A stretch of DNA of 64,000 bases from Candidatus Latescibacterota bacterium (GTDB lineage: Bacteria; Latescibacterota; UBA2968; UBA8231), in the NCBI GenBank assembly GCA_963422735.1, contig OY730476.1:3168001-3232000 (forward strand), given 5' to 3'. Positions within the stretch are counted from its first letter, which is position 1. Every line of letters starts with the position of its first letter. The position numbers were made by a program, and so were the translations under genes. Below are positions 8,647 through 18,837 of this stretch, piece after piece. The notes below the pieces were generated by a model that had not been told where the DNA came from, did not search any database, and saw nothing but the letters and a program-made list of their open reading frames with translations.

Positions 8647-8964
8647 TTACCTCCTTTTGTGCATTCGATGCAGCAAGCAAAAGGCTATCACTAGCTGATT
8701 GGCGAGCAAAGCTCCATAAAAGGCGACCGATCCTCGATTGTAGATAAGGGCCGCGGCGAAGTCGCCTCGTGCAATGGCCGCGAATGCGCGCGTCATGCCG
8801 CACAAAGCGCACGTTTCCCCGCTGCGATGCGGCATCTTAAAAACCTCGCTCGCGGAAAAAAGCGTTTTTTCCGGCACGAGATAGAGCGCGATCAATGTGC
8901 AAAGCAGCATAGCTGAAGCCGCCAACCACGCCGCAGTAAGGGTACTCCTAGCTTGGCGATCCAT
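8647..8964 (-). CDS. DUF2752-family membrane protein
   Basis: C..CGMTRAF....RGDF..A...N motif. Confidence 0.75.
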   Translation of the reverse strand: MDRQARSTLTAAWLAASAMLLCTLIALYLVPEKTLFSASEVFKMPHRSGETCALCGMTRAFAAIARGDFAAALIYNRGSVAFYGALLANQLVIAFCLLHRMHKRR

Positions 8965-8977
8965 TGCGCCGGCTCCT

Positions 8978-10711
8978 TCACACCTGCGGCCGCAAATTCA
9001 GCAGCACTAAGAGCCAAGTGCGGCTCCAGTACGCGCTGTTGATATAGGGGTTTTCCGCGCTGGGCCAGTTGGTCCAATAGGTCTCGTTGTGCGGGATGCG
9101 GTGCGGCCACTGGACGATGGGGATGGAGGGCAAGTCGGCAAGCCAGAGGTCCATGGCCTTGCGGTAGAGTGCGTCCATCTCCGGGGCGTCGGTCGGGGTC
9201 TGGCCCATCTGGTCAATCAGCGCGTCGTAGGCCGGATTTTGCCAGCGCCAAGGCATGTCGGCCGGCTCGCCGGTGGGTTGGACAAAGCGGCTGTGATACT
9301 GGCGCAGCACAAAATAGGGGTCGCGCATCGAGCTGAAGTTGCCGATAAGGTACGCGCGGGCCGTGCCCTGGCGCAGGCGCGTGGAGAAGTCCGAGGTCAT
9401 GCGGAAGGAGGCGTCGATACCGGCCTTTTTGAGCTGGGCGATGAGCACCGGCGTCAGGTCTTGAAAGTGGGAGAAGATGTCGATGACCATGCTCAGGGGC
9501 TGCCCGTCCTTTTCCCAGAAGACCCCGTTGCGTACGTAGCCTTTGCGGGCGAGTATCTCCGCGCTCTTTTCCAAGTCGAAGACTCCCACTTGGTGCTTGG
9601 CGACTAAGTCCTCGGCGAGAGCAAAATACCGCTGCATCTGCGGGAGGTCGGGCAAGGGCAGTAGGGTCCATGCACCCGAGTTCTGCCAGCCTATAGCTAC
9701 GAGCTGTTCGCGGTCGATGGCGTAGTTGACCGCACGGCGCATCTCCGGGTCGGACCAAGGGGCCTCCAGCCCATTGAACCCCAGCGATATGGGCCACCAA
9801 GTGATGTAGCTGTACGGCGGCTCGCGGCCTGTCCAAGTAGTGATGTTGCGATTGCGCTCCAATAGGGAGATCATATTGGCCGGACGCAGCTCCAAGCAGG
9901 TGTCAATGTTGTTGGCGATCAGGTTTTGGACGCGCTTGTGCTCCTCCATATAGGTTAGGTAGATCAGCCGCTCGACCTGGGGTAACTCCTGAAAGCCAAG
10001 TTTCTCAGCCCACCAGCCCTCGCGCAGATCCCAGATCCGTTGGGCTGGTTCCGAGCGCACAATGCGATAGGGGCCGGTCAGAACCGGCCAGCCCTTTTGC
10101 AGGTCGAAGTTGGAAAAAGTCAGCGGGTCTTTGCCCTCCCAGATGTGCTTGGGCACGATGGGGACGCCTTGGTCGCCGCTGTGGACGAAATAACTGAAGA
10201 GGAAACGCGGGTTGGGTTCCTTGAGCGCGACGCGCGCCGTCAGACTGTCGAGGGCGACCGCCTCTTTGACCCAAGTCGCCATATCCGTCGAATAAACGAG
10301 CTGTGGGGCGTGCTCTACGAGCATGTTGATGGTAAAGGCAAAGTCGTGCGCCGACCAAGGATGCCCGTCGCTCCACTCGACGCCCGGACGGATTTTTACC
10401 ACAAGTTCGGTGTAATCCTCGTTGAAATGGTGGCTTTCGGCGATCCAAGGTATTAGTTCGGAATTTTCCCCGTAGGCGTTAAAAAAATAAAGCGGTTCGT
10501 AGAGGAAGTTATATCCTATCCGCGAAATGCTGCCTGGGATGAAGGGGTTGAAGGAGTTGTAATCCTGGATCTGGCCAGAGCAGGTATTGGCTTCGGCGCA
10601 GTCTATGATCAAGGTCCGGTTGCGCGGCACCTTTTTGAGAACATATCCGCTCTCGTCGCCACTACAAGCGATGAAGGGTAGGCCGGCTAAAAGCAGGATA
10701 TAAATAGGCAT
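8978..10711 (-). CDS. ABC transporter substrate-binding lipoprotein, family 5 (peptide/oligosaccharide)
   Basis: Lipobox IAC, LYEPL, WSDG.P.SA.D..FT, TGPY, RRA.NYAIDR. Confidence 0.92.
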   Translation of the reverse strand: MPIYILLLAGLPFIACSGDESGYVLKKVPRNRTLIIDCAEANTCSGQIQDYNSFNPFIPGSISRIGYNFLYEPLYFFNAYGENSELIPWIAESHHFNEDYTELVVKIRPGVEWSDGHPWSAHDFAFTINMLVEHAPQLVYSTDMATWVKEAVALDSLTARVALKEPNPRFLFSYFVHSGDQGVPIVPKHIWEGKDPLTFSNFDLQKGWPVLTGPYRIVRSEPAQRIWDLREGWWAEKLGFQELPQVERLIYLTYMEEHKRVQNLIANNIDTCLELRPANMISLLERNRNITTWTGREPPYSYITWWPISLGFNGLEAPWSDPEMRRAVNYAIDREQLVAIGWQNSGAWTLLPLPDLPQMQRYFALAEDLVAKHQVGVFDLEKSAEILARKGYVRNGVFWEKDGQPLSMVIDIFSHFQDLTPVLIAQLKKAGIDASFRMTSDFSTRLRQGTARAYLIGNFSSMRDPYFVLRQYHSRFVQPTGEPADMPWRWQNPAYDALIDQMGQTPTDAPEMDALYRKAMDLWLADLPSIPIVQWPHRIPHNETYWTNWPSAENPYINSAYWSRTWLLVLLNLRPQV

Positions 10712-10726
10712 AGGTTACTTTTCTCT

Positions 10727-11536
10727 TTAGCCCTGTTGCAGGGCGCCAGCGCGGCTTTGGGCCAGCGCGGCCACGGGGTCGGGGAGTTGGGGGCTGAGCT
10801 CAATACTCGCCGGGCCGGCGTACGGGCTCAGGGCGAGGGCGGCGAACGTCGCGGCTAGTGCCTCCTCGGTTAGCACGCCCGCCAGCAGAGGCCAGTGCAG
10901 GTCGGCCTCCCCGTCGTTGTCATCTAAGTGTACGTACCCGAGCCGGTCTCCGGCGGCGGCTATGACAGCGGCCGGGATTTCCTTGGACATCTGTAGGTGG
11001 CCGGTGTCGAGGAGCAAGTAGAGGTTGGGGTGGTTCAGGCGGGACAAGTACTCCAAGGTCCCGGCAGCCGTCGGCAGCGCCTTACCCGGGAAATGCTCAA
11101 CCCCAACGCGGATCGTGCGCTCGGCCGCGAAGTCAGCCACTTGCCCCAAGGACTCACCAAACTGGGGCAGGGCGGCTGGGCTGATCCCCGGGACTACATA
11201 CGCGGTGCCGGCACCGAGAGCAGCGGCGTGGTCGAGGGCCTCCCGGCAGTGGTCGAGGGCGGCTTGTTGAGCGGCGGCTGTTGCGCCGTCGAGGGCCGCG
11301 TCGTCTTCCATGTTAAAACACAGCGCGAGGCAGGAGACCGACAGGCCGAGGTCGTCGATGCGTGCTCGCGACGCCGGGCCGACAAAGGTCTTCGCCTGCA
11401 CGTCAATGGAGCGGAAGCCGATAGCGGCCAGCGCGGCGAGGGCGTCTTCTTCCGAGCCGGTTAAGGCCCAAGCACAACAGGATAGCTCCACGATCCATTC
11501 CTTCAATAGGGTTGGCGAATAAAACGTCTCTACCAA
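10727..11536 (-). CDS. Sugar phosphate isomerase/epimerase (xylose-isomerase-like TIM barrel)
   Basis: VEH, LDTGH, YVHL.DN..DLH and SIE metal ligands; exact start uncertain. Confidence 0.85.
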   Translation of the reverse strand: MVETFYSPTLLKEWIVELSCCAWALTGSEEDALAALAAIGFRSIDVQAKTFVGPASRARIDDLGLSVSCLALCFNMEDDAALDGATAAAQQAALDHCREALDHAAALGAGTAYVVPGISPAALPQFGESLGQVADFAAERTIRVGVEHFPGKALPTAAGTLEYLSRLNHPNLYLLLDTGHLQMSKEIPAAVIAAAGDRLGYVHLDDNDGEADLHWPLLAGVLTEEALAATFAALALSPYAGPASIELSPQLPDPVAALAQSRAGALQQG

Positions 11537-12309
11537 GCGGGCAGCACGCCGTAGCAGACGCGGCGGGGCTCCTCTACTTTGGCGAAACCAAGGCGGGCGA
11601 GTGCGCGGCCGGGCCGGCGATCCTTCATCACCACTCGGCGGCGGGCGACGCGGCGGGCCTCGCGCAAGTCAGCGGGTGACGGACCGCCCGCCTGGGCCAA
11701 GCAGCGGACCAAGTCCAAGCCCCGGGCACGGGCAATGCTCTCGCCGAACATAGGGTCGAAGTAAACCACGTCCCAAGCTGCGTCGGCTTCCTCACGCAGG
11801 TACGTCGCAAAGTCGGCGCGACGCACTTGGACGCGTCGCATGGCCAAGCCGAGATCCGGGTCATCGGCGAGCGGGTACGAGGCCATGCCGCGCTCGACCA
11901 AGAGTGCCAACAGCGGCGCGGCCTCCAAGGCGCGTACGCGGCCCTCGGGGCCGGCTGCGTACGCGGCCACGATTGCATCGGCTCCTAGTCCGCAGGTGCA
12001 GTCGAGGACGCTGGCCCCCGGCGCGATTTGCAGGGCGTCTATCAAGGCGTCTTTTCTCTGTTGCCGCAGGGCGCGCACCCGCAGTTTAGCCATGTTGGGA
12101 TGGTAGCAAAAGCGCCGCCCGGCGATCCACAGAGCCAGGTTTTCGCGCTCGACTACGAGCAGGCCGTCGAGGTCGGCGCAGGTTTTGGCAAGGGCGGCCC
12201 GGGGCCAGTAGGGGCAGCCCATTTCAGCGGCAAGACGGCGTGCGGCCGCGCATTCCCCGGGCCGGGGCCGCGCCACCGTGGTCGTGGCGAGTGCAAACTG
12301 CCGTTCCAT
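11530..12309 (-). CDS. Class I SAM-dependent methyltransferase (RsmJ/YhiQ-like)
   Basis: YHPNMA, VLDCTCGLGADA and DVVYFDPMF motifs; start trimmed to MERQF. Confidence 0.8.
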   Translation of the reverse strand: MERQFALATTTVARPRPGECAAARRLAAEMGCPYWPRAALAKTCADLDGLLVVERENLALWIAGRRFCYHPNMAKLRVRALRQQRKDALIDALQIAPGASVLDCTCGLGADAIVAAYAAGPEGRVRALEAAPLLALLVERGMASYPLADDPDLGLAMRRVQVRRADFATYLREEADAAWDVVYFDPMFGESIARARGLDLVRCLAQAGGPSPADLREARRVARRRVVMKDRRPGRALARLGFAKVEEPRRVCYGVLPAW

Positions 12310-12454
12310 CTTACCTGCTCGGACTGCGGAATACTTCCAAGATACGTTCCAAAATCTGGTTAGTGGGCTGTAAGGCAAGCTACCGCCTGAGGCAAGCGCC
12401 ATGAGTCCTACCTCGCCCCCAGACGCCGGCTTCTTGCCGGGTAAAAACCGTTGC

Positions 12455-13063
12455 TTACGAAGTGATGGATACGGCTCGTTTCTGGTATGCTGCGTCGTCC
12501 ACCTGCTTGACCAGAAACTCCGCGACATCGGCGCGGGCAATGTGGCGGACTTTCTCGTCTTTGCCGGCGGTGTAATGGCCGGAGGCCGGGGCGTCTTTCA
12601 GGATGGCGGCGCGGACGATAGTCCAGTCTAACCTGCTTTCCTTCACTATTGCCTCCTGCGCCGTGTGGTCTGCGTAGATGTTGTGCAGCATTGTCCTGAA
12701 GAGAACGCGGGCGAACAACGAGATTTGCCCCCAGCTTTCTCCCACACCAGCGGCAGAGAGGACGACGAGACGCTCTACATTGTGGCAAATCATACCGTCC
12801 ACGACGTTTCTCGTGCCGGCGGAGAGGGTCGTTTTGTCGCGCAGCCCGTTGCTGCCCAGTGCCACTATCGCCGCCTGATGGTTGGCAACCGCCGCAGCGA
12901 CCGCGGCTGCGTCCATAATATCGCCTTGGGCACCTTTCACCTCACGGCTGTCAATCTTGTTAGCCGAGCGCGTGAACGCCGTCACTTCGTGGCCCTGTTC
13001 CAGTGCTTGCCGCCATATATGCTGGCCGGTTTTCCCGGTTGCGCCAAAGATGATGATTTTCAT
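12455..13063 (-). CDS. NAD(P)H-binding SDR/flavin reductase-like protein
   Basis: IFGATGKTG, DWTIVR, I.RADVA.F. Confidence 0.9.
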   Translation of the reverse strand: MKIIIFGATGKTGQHIWRQALEQGHEVTAFTRSANKIDSREVKGAQGDIMDAAAVAAAVANHQAAIVALGSNGLRDKTTLSAGTRNVVDGMICHNVERLVVLSAAGVGESWGQISLFARVLFRTMLHNIYADHTAQEAIVKESRLDWTIVRAAILKDAPASGHYTAGKDEKVRHIARADVAEFLVKQVDDAAYQKRAVSITS

Positions 13064-13182
13064 GGCGATCTCCCTTCGTGCAGCCCGTGCAAGTTTGCAT
13101 GCAACGCTTTATCCGCCGGGGCAACGCCTTCAATCGTCGATAGTAGGTCTGAGCCATCGGGCTGTCAACCAACCCTGTCGGG

Positions 13183-14481
13183 CTAGATGGGGGCGAAGCG
13201 ATCTAGCCGCCAGCGCTCGGCCCAAGTTCTTTCGAGGCGCACGCGCAGGCAGACATCGTTGGCGACATAGGTCTGCTCCAAGACCTGACCCTGCTGGTGT
13301 AAACGGGCCAAAAGCCGGCCTTCGGCTTGGGGGACCTGAAGCTCCAAGGTGACGTCTCCAGCAACGCTGTACGTGCGGATTTTGTCGCGTAGCGCGTCGA
13401 GGTTGATGGCTTGGCGAGCCGAGACGGCGATGGCGTCTTCGCGGGCCGCGTACGCGGCCACAATCCGCTCTTCTTCGCCGGGAGCTACTTGGTCGATCTT
13501 GTTGTACACCATAAGGGTGGGGCTGTCTGCAAGCCCGAGGCTGTGGAGGACTTGTTCGACCGTGGCGATCTGCGATTTATAGTACGGAAAGCTCAAATCG
13601 ATCACGTGGAGCAGCAAGTCGGCCTCCACAGCCTCTTCGAGCGTGGCGCGGAAAGAGGCGAACAGGTGGTGGGGCAGGCGGTTGATGAAGCCGACCGTGT
13701 CGGTGAGCAAGATCTTGTGATTGCGGTCGAGGTCAACGGCGCGAGTGGTCGAATCCAAGGTGGCAAAGAGCTGGTCCTCGACTAGGACATCCGCGCCGGA
13801 CAGCACCCTCATCAGGGTGGACTTGCCAGCGTTGGTATAACCCATGAGGGCCACCTTAAAAACATCCGAGCGATTTTTGCGGTTGGTCGCCATCTGCACG
13901 CCGATCTTGTCGAGCTTGGCCTCTAAGGAGTTGATCTGACGGCGAATCAGGCGGCGGTCGATTTCCAACTGGGTTTCGCCCGGGCCGCGGACGCCGGCTG
14001 CCCCCATGCCGCGGATGGCTCCGCCGCCAGCTTGGCGCGAGAGGTGGGTCCAGTAGCGAGTCAGGCGCGGCAAGAGGTAGTTGAGCTGGGCCAGCTCAAC
14101 TTGGATCTGGGCCGTGTGGGTGCGAGCGTGGCGCGCGAAGATGTCCAAGATCACGGAGCTGCGGTCGAGAATGCGGCGTTTGGTGACGCGCTCCAAGTTG
14201 CGCATCTGGGCCGGCGAGAGGTCGTTGTCAAAGACGATCACGTCGGCTTGGCACTGGGCCGAGAGCTGCTTGAGGGCAGCGGCCTTGCCCTTGCCGATGT
14301 AGTGCGCTGGATCGATGCGGTCGCGTCCTTGGATCTGGCGCGTGGCTTCGACGAGGCCAGCGGTGGCGACTAAGCGGCCGAGTTCGTCGAGGGAGTGCTC
14401 GGCCTCCCAAGCCGGCATCTTGGGCAGGGCGACGCCGACGAGGATGGCGCGTTCTTGGCGCAGAGTGCGGTTTGCTCCCAT
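13183..14481 (-). CDS. hflX: Ribosome-rescue GTPase HflX
   Basis: GPGETQLEIDRR, GYTNAGKS, LFATLD.T, DTVGF, NKID. Confidence 0.96.
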   Translation of the reverse strand: MGANRTLRQERAILVGVALPKMPAWEAEHSLDELGRLVATAGLVEATRQIQGRDRIDPAHYIGKGKAAALKQLSAQCQADVIVFDNDLSPAQMRNLERVTKRRILDRSSVILDIFARHARTHTAQIQVELAQLNYLLPRLTRYWTHLSRQAGGGAIRGMGAAGVRGPGETQLEIDRRLIRRQINSLEAKLDKIGVQMATNRKNRSDVFKVALMGYTNAGKSTLMRVLSGADVLVEDQLFATLDSTTRAVDLDRNHKILLTDTVGFINRLPHHLFASFRATLEEAVEADLLLHVIDLSFPYYKSQIATVEQVLHSLGLADSPTLMVYNKIDQVAPGEEERIVAAYAAREDAIAVSARQAINLDALRDKIRTYSVAGDVTLELQVPQAEGRLLARLHQQGQVLEQTYVANDVCLRVRLERTWAERWRLDRFAPI

Positions 14482-14605
14482 TTGGGCTTCTTTGGACTTG
14501 ATGGTGCAGCGTATCAAACACAAACAGAGCGCATCACTTTGTCAACACCGCAAGGACGAATCGAAGGGGCCGATTTTGCGCCTCCAATGTGCAAGCGAGT
14601 TGTTG

Positions 14606-14743
14606 CGACAAAAAAGTCGTCTTTGGCAGGATCATCGACGATTTTGTCGTCCATGTAGGCAAACGGGGTGCAGCGGTGTGCTTCTAACTCGTTGTTTAAC
14701 ATTGACTTTTTTGAGAAATTAAACCTATGGCACTGGCTTTGCT
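14606..14743 (+). promoter_or_regulatory. Sigma-54 promoter with two upstream palindromic activator sites
   Basis: TGGCAC-TGGCT-TTGCT (-24/-12) at 14728-14743; CGAC-N6-GTCG at 14606-14619 and 14636-14649; AT-rich tract between. Confidence 0.75.
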
Positions 14744-14916
14744 TAATTTGCTTAAAACGTTTGTTTACTATCGAAATGCCGTCCCTAACGCCTACTCTGT
14801 TTTGCACATAGCCTATTCGCATACCCGATAACATAACCTGCCCATTCAGCCCTGTGGACGGCCGATGAGTCTGCGGGGCACAACCATCTCTACACCTTGG
14901 GAAAACGGTGCTGGTC

Positions 14917-15336
14917 ATGGCCGGAATTTTAATTGCCGATGCCGACACACGCGTTTGTGGCTACATCTATAGGATCTTGAGCAAAAGACAAATCGGGCAG
15001 TCGGTTGAGCTGACGACCGACTGCTTCTGTGCGTACGCCAGCCTGCTGTCAAACGAGTACGACCTAGCCATAATAGATGCCCCGCTGCCCAACTTCTCAG
15101 TCGGCACCATCCGCAAACTGCGAACGCGGGGCGCGAAGACAAAAATCGTCGTGCTGTGCGACTTGGCGAGTCCCTGCCTGGCGAGAGAGGTCGTGCTGAG
15201 TGGAGCACAGGATTTAGTCGAGAAACCCATTTTACTGGACAGCTTTGTCTATAGCCTCAAGAGACATTTAGACAAAAATAGAGTGGATGTGTACGCAGAG
15301 ATTCAAAGTGCGAATTGGCCGCGTAGTGCTATCTGA
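14917..15336 (+). CDS. Single-domain response regulator receiver (atypical)
   Basis: ILIAD, YDLAIID.PLP and GA.D...KP; the conserved Thr/Ser is replaced by Cys (VVLC). Confidence 0.75.
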   Translation: MAGILIADADTRVCGYIYRILSKRQIGQSVELTTDCFCAYASLLSNEYDLAIIDAPLPNFSVGTIRKLRTRGAKTKIVVLCDLASPCLAREVVLSGAQDLVEKPILLDSFVYSLKRHLDKNRVDVYAEIQSANWPRSAI

Positions 15337-15358
15337 CACAGGAGAAAAGGGACTGATC

Positions 15359-16582
15359 ATGGGCAAACACAGCGAAGGCAATGCTAACGAGGACCTGTTG
15401 CGAGACTTGCGGCTCGCGGTTTGGCGGCACAAAGAACCGGAGGGCGAATTCATGGTCCTATCGCAGATCCGCCAGACCTTGAACCACGCTGGGATCGCTT
15501 ACGACGGTTGCCGGTTGTACCGGGTGCAAGCCAACAACGGCGAGTGCAAGATGCGCGTCCATCCCTTGACAGCCGACGGGCATTGGTCCCCGCTAACAGA
15601 AGGACAGCAGTGGGTGCTGGCGGCGTGGAAATCAGCCACGACCTGCTATCGAGCACCGAGCCGCCACGGAGAACGCGACTGGCTGGCCCAGCAGATGCGT
15701 TGCAATATCAAAGCCATTCTCGAAACGACCTTTGATCAAGGTGTCCTAGCCGTTTATCGCCAAAAAGCCATCGCCTGTAGCGATGCGGATGTCGGCTTGT
15801 TCAAGGGCTTGGGCGAGGTCCTCAGTGGGCTGTATTACCGACGAGAAGACCTGTCGCAGTTGCAGGCCAAAGAAGTGCAGCTACGCCAAGCGCAGAAATT
15901 GCGGGTGATGGGGCAATTGACGGCCGAGTTCGCGGGCGAAATCAACAAACACTTAGAGGTGATCATCGGCGAGGCCAGCCTGCTGCGCGAAAGCGACTTA
16001 GCACCCACCGTTGGCGACGGCGTACAAGCCGTGTACGAGGCCGGCCTCCAAGCGCGCAGCACCAGCGAGCGGCTGGTGGCGTGTGCGCGCCAGCAGAAGA
16101 AGCGGAAAGAATGGGTCAGCTTCACCCGCCTCGTGCAGGAGACAGCCCTGCTGGTGCGCCGGACGCTCCTGAAAGACCAGATCGAAATCGCCGAGGACAT
16201 AGCCCCGAACCTGCCCTATATCAAGGCTCATGCCGGCCAGATCCAACAGGTCGTCCTCAACCTCATCCAAAACAGCCGCGAAGCCATAAAGCAGGCGCGA
16301 AGCGCGGGACGGATCTCGCTGCGGGTATCGACCCGCCAGGGTTGGATCGTGCTGGAGATCGAGGACAATGGGCCGGGCATTCCCGAGGAAATCCGGGCCG
16401 ATATTTTTGAGCCGTTCTTCACGACCAAGGCGTCGAGCTATAACAGCGGATTGGGGTTGAGCGTATGCGCGGGCATTGCCCGCGACCACCACGGCCGACT
16501 ATTCGTCGCAGACTGCGTTCGAGGGGCCTGTGTGGGCTTGGAACTGCCCATCAATCCGCACGCCGCATTAGTGGACAACTAA
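15359..16582 (+). CDS. Histidine-kinase-like protein with a degenerate H-box
   Basis: HATPase boxes intact (QVVLNLIQNS, EDNGPGI, IFEPFFTTK, GLGL); the H-box reads AEFAGEINKHL. Confidence 0.85.
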   Translation: MGKHSEGNANEDLLRDLRLAVWRHKEPEGEFMVLSQIRQTLNHAGIAYDGCRLYRVQANNGECKMRVHPLTADGHWSPLTEGQQWVLAAWKSATTCYRAPSRHGERDWLAQQMRCNIKAILETTFDQGVLAVYRQKAIACSDADVGLFKGLGEVLSGLYYRREDLSQLQAKEVQLRQAQKLRVMGQLTAEFAGEINKHLEVIIGEASLLRESDLAPTVGDGVQAVYEAGLQARSTSERLVACARQQKKRKEWVSFTRLVQETALLVRRTLLKDQIEIAEDIAPNLPYIKAHAGQIQQVVLNLIQNSREAIKQARSAGRISLRVSTRQGWIVLEIEDNGPGIPEEIRADIFEPFFTTKASSYNSGLGLSVCAGIARDHHGRLFVADCVRGACVGLELPINPHAALVDN

Positions 16583-16640
16583 ACCTTGTTGCAAAAGACG
16601 CGCTCCTATATGTTCAGGCCCGCAGCGCACAACGCGGGAG

Positions 16641-17135
16641 ATGAAGCGCATGGTCATCGTGCTAATGGGCGTAACGGGCAGTGGTAAGACGACGGTGGGC
16701 GAGCAGCTCGCCCAGCAGTTCGGATGGGCTTATTACGACGCGGACGATTTCCACCCGGAAGCCAACGTGCGCAAGATGGCCAGCGGCACGCCGCTTACCG
16801 ACGAGGACCGCTGGCCTTGGCTGGAGACCCTTTCTGTGGCCATCGACCAGTGGCTCCGTGCCGAGCAAGGGGCGATACTCGGCTGCTCCGCGCTCAAACA
16901 GCGCTACCGCGACATCTTGGTCAGCGGGCGACCCGGCGTACAGATCGTCCATCTCAAAGGCTCGAAGGCACTCATCGCCCAGCGGCTCGAGACGCGGCAG
17001 CACCGCTACATGCCGGCCAGCCTACTCGACAGCCAGTTTGCGACCCTCGAAGAGCCGCGCGACGCCCTAAGCGTGGACATTGGCCCTCCGCCCGCAGCCA
17101 TTGCCGCGACCATCCGCACGGCCTTGAATCTCTGA
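16641..17135 (+). CDS. gntK: Gluconokinase
   Basis: MGVTGSGKTT, DADDFHP..N..KM..G.PL.DEDR.PWL, CSALK, LLDSQF..LEEP. Confidence 0.92.
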   Translation: MKRMVIVLMGVTGSGKTTVGEQLAQQFGWAYYDADDFHPEANVRKMASGTPLTDEDRWPWLETLSVAIDQWLRAEQGAILGCSALKQRYRDILVSGRPGVQIVHLKGSKALIAQRLETRQHRYMPASLLDSQFATLEEPRDALSVDIGPPPAAIAATIRTALNL

Positions 17136-17148
17136 TTTAGAGGCAGGG

Positions 17149-18837
17149 TCATCCCAAGTACACAAATAAGTACACTGCCAAGAAAATCGTCACCAACAAC
17201 ACGCTGCTACTGATAGGCCACGCCCGTGCGAAGACCCCTGTCGGGCCGTGGTAATGGCGCACCTGTTCCACTAGAGAGAAGACCTGTCGCTTGCCCCAAG
17301 CAATCAGTCTATCCCTCAATGGCGCACCCACCTGTACGCACAACCGAGCTGCGCTTGGCAGGAGCTTTCGGTAGGTCCAGTCCACGTCGATATTGGCCGA
17401 GCGCAGTTCCGGCGGGTAGATGCCCGTCAGCTTGAGCGCGACAAAGGCCAGTGCCGAAAAGAACAGCAACTGGAGCTGTAAGACGATGTGGGTCGCACCG
17501 TACGGGTCGTAGTCAACTGGGTAGGGCAGGAGCCTGTACAGATAGTGCGGGAACGAGCCGATGCCAATGCACAGTGCCGCCCCAATCCCCATCGCCACGA
17601 GCATGTTGCGCGGTGCTTCGCGGCAGCGGATTCCCGCGTCGTGGGCGAAGAAGGCAAAAAAGGGAATTTTGATGCCGGCGTGATGGAAGACGCCGGCCGA
17701 GGCAAACAGCAGCAGCAGCCAGACGACGAGGTGTCCCTCGTTGGCCGCGGCCTGCATGACCATTGACTTGCTGACAAAGCCGCTAAAGAGCGGGAAGGCC
17801 GAAATTGACGAGGCCCCGACTATGCAGAAGCCGCAAGTCCAAGGCATAGATTTGTACAGACCCCCGAGGTCTGAGCCGTTGATCCTGCCAGTGCGGTAGA
17901 GCACGGCCCCCATCGACATAAAGAGCAGGCCCTTGAAAAGCACGTCGTTGAAGGCGTGGGCAACTGCGCCGTTGACGCCCATACCCGGCCCCAAGCCGAC
18001 GCCTACTACCATAAAGCCAATCTGGTTGATCATGCTGTAGCCCAACACGCGGCGCAGGTCGTTTTCAATAACCGCATAGAAGATGGGGAACATCGCCATG
18101 GCCGCACCGATGTAGAGCAGGCATTCAGTGCCGGCAAAACTACGCGCTAATACATAGACTGCGGTCTTGGTGGTAAAGGAGCTCAAAAAAACCGCGCCGG
18201 TGGGCGTGGACTCTGGATAGGCATCCACCAACCACGAGTGCAAGAAAGGGAAGGCGCATTTAATGCCAACGCCGAGGAAGATTAGCCGCGTAGCCCAGCT
18301 ATCGATGCCTAAATGCCCCAGTGCTAAAGATCCGGTCTGCTGGTAGTGCCAAGCCGTGCCGACCAAGAGCAAAAGACCAGAGCTGACGTGGATCAGCAGG
18401 TAGCGTATGCCAGCGGCAATGGCTCTTTCGCTCTGGCTGGCCCATATCTGAAAGACCGAGGTAATCGCCAACAGCTCCCAAAAGATGAAGAGCGCGATGA
18501 GATCGCCGGCAAAGACTGCGCCCACGGCCGCACCTGCGTACAGGAAGCCAGTGGCCTGTTGCAGGCGGTCGCGCAGGTGCAGCGAGAAGAGCGCAGCGAG
18601 CAAGGCGGCCAAGTGGAAGAGATAGCCAAAGAGCAGGCTGAGCTGGTCAACGCACACCCAGTGCAGTTCGTACCCGGCTAGAAAGCCGACCTGGTCGTCG
18701 CCAATCTGATAGCCGAGGAGATTGTAGAATCCGGCCAACGGCAAAAGGAGCAACGCCACCCGCCGCACGGCCAGCGGCAAGACGGGCAACAGCAGCCCAC
18801 CTACCAGTAGGAAGACCGCCGGGTGTAGGCTAGTCAT
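17149..18837 (-). CDS. Mrp Na+/H+ antiporter subunit D/A-like (proton-conducting membrane transporter)
   Basis: FWELLA, KCAFPFLHSWL.DAYPE, AHAFN..LFKGLLF; last gene of the Mrp operon. Confidence 0.88.
   Translation of the reverse strand: MTSLHPAVFLLVGGLLLPVLPLAVRRVALLLLPLAGFYNLLGYQIGDDQVGFLAGYELHWVCVDQLSLLFGYLFHLAALLAALFSLHLRDRLQQATGFLYAGAAVGAVFAGDLIALFIFWELLAITSVFQIWASQSERAIAAGIRYLLIHVSSGLLLLVGTAWHYQQTGSLALGHLGIDSWATRLIFLGVGIKCAFPFLHSWLVDAYPESTPTGAVFLSSFTTKTAVYVLARSFAGTECLLYIGAAMAMFPIFYAVIENDLRRVLGYSMINQIGFMVVGVGLGPGMGVNGAVAHAFNDVLFKGLLFMSMGAVLYRTGRINGSDLGGLYKSMPWTCGFCIVGASSISAFPLFSGFVSKSMVMQAAANEGHLVVWLLLLFASAGVFHHAGIKIPFFAFFAHDAGIRCREAPRNMLVAMGIGAALCIGIGSFPHYLYRLLPYPVDYDPYGATHIVLQLQLLFFSALAFVALKLTGIYPPELRSANIDVDWTYRKLLPSAARLCVQVGAPLRDRLIAWGKRQVFSLVEQVRHYHGPTGVFARAWPISSSVLLVTIFLAVYLFVYLG

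Noticed and set aside
14755-14772. TGTTTACTATC shared with the promoter at 49956
   Set aside because: An 11-bp match between two AT-rich regions is too weak to claim co-regulation.
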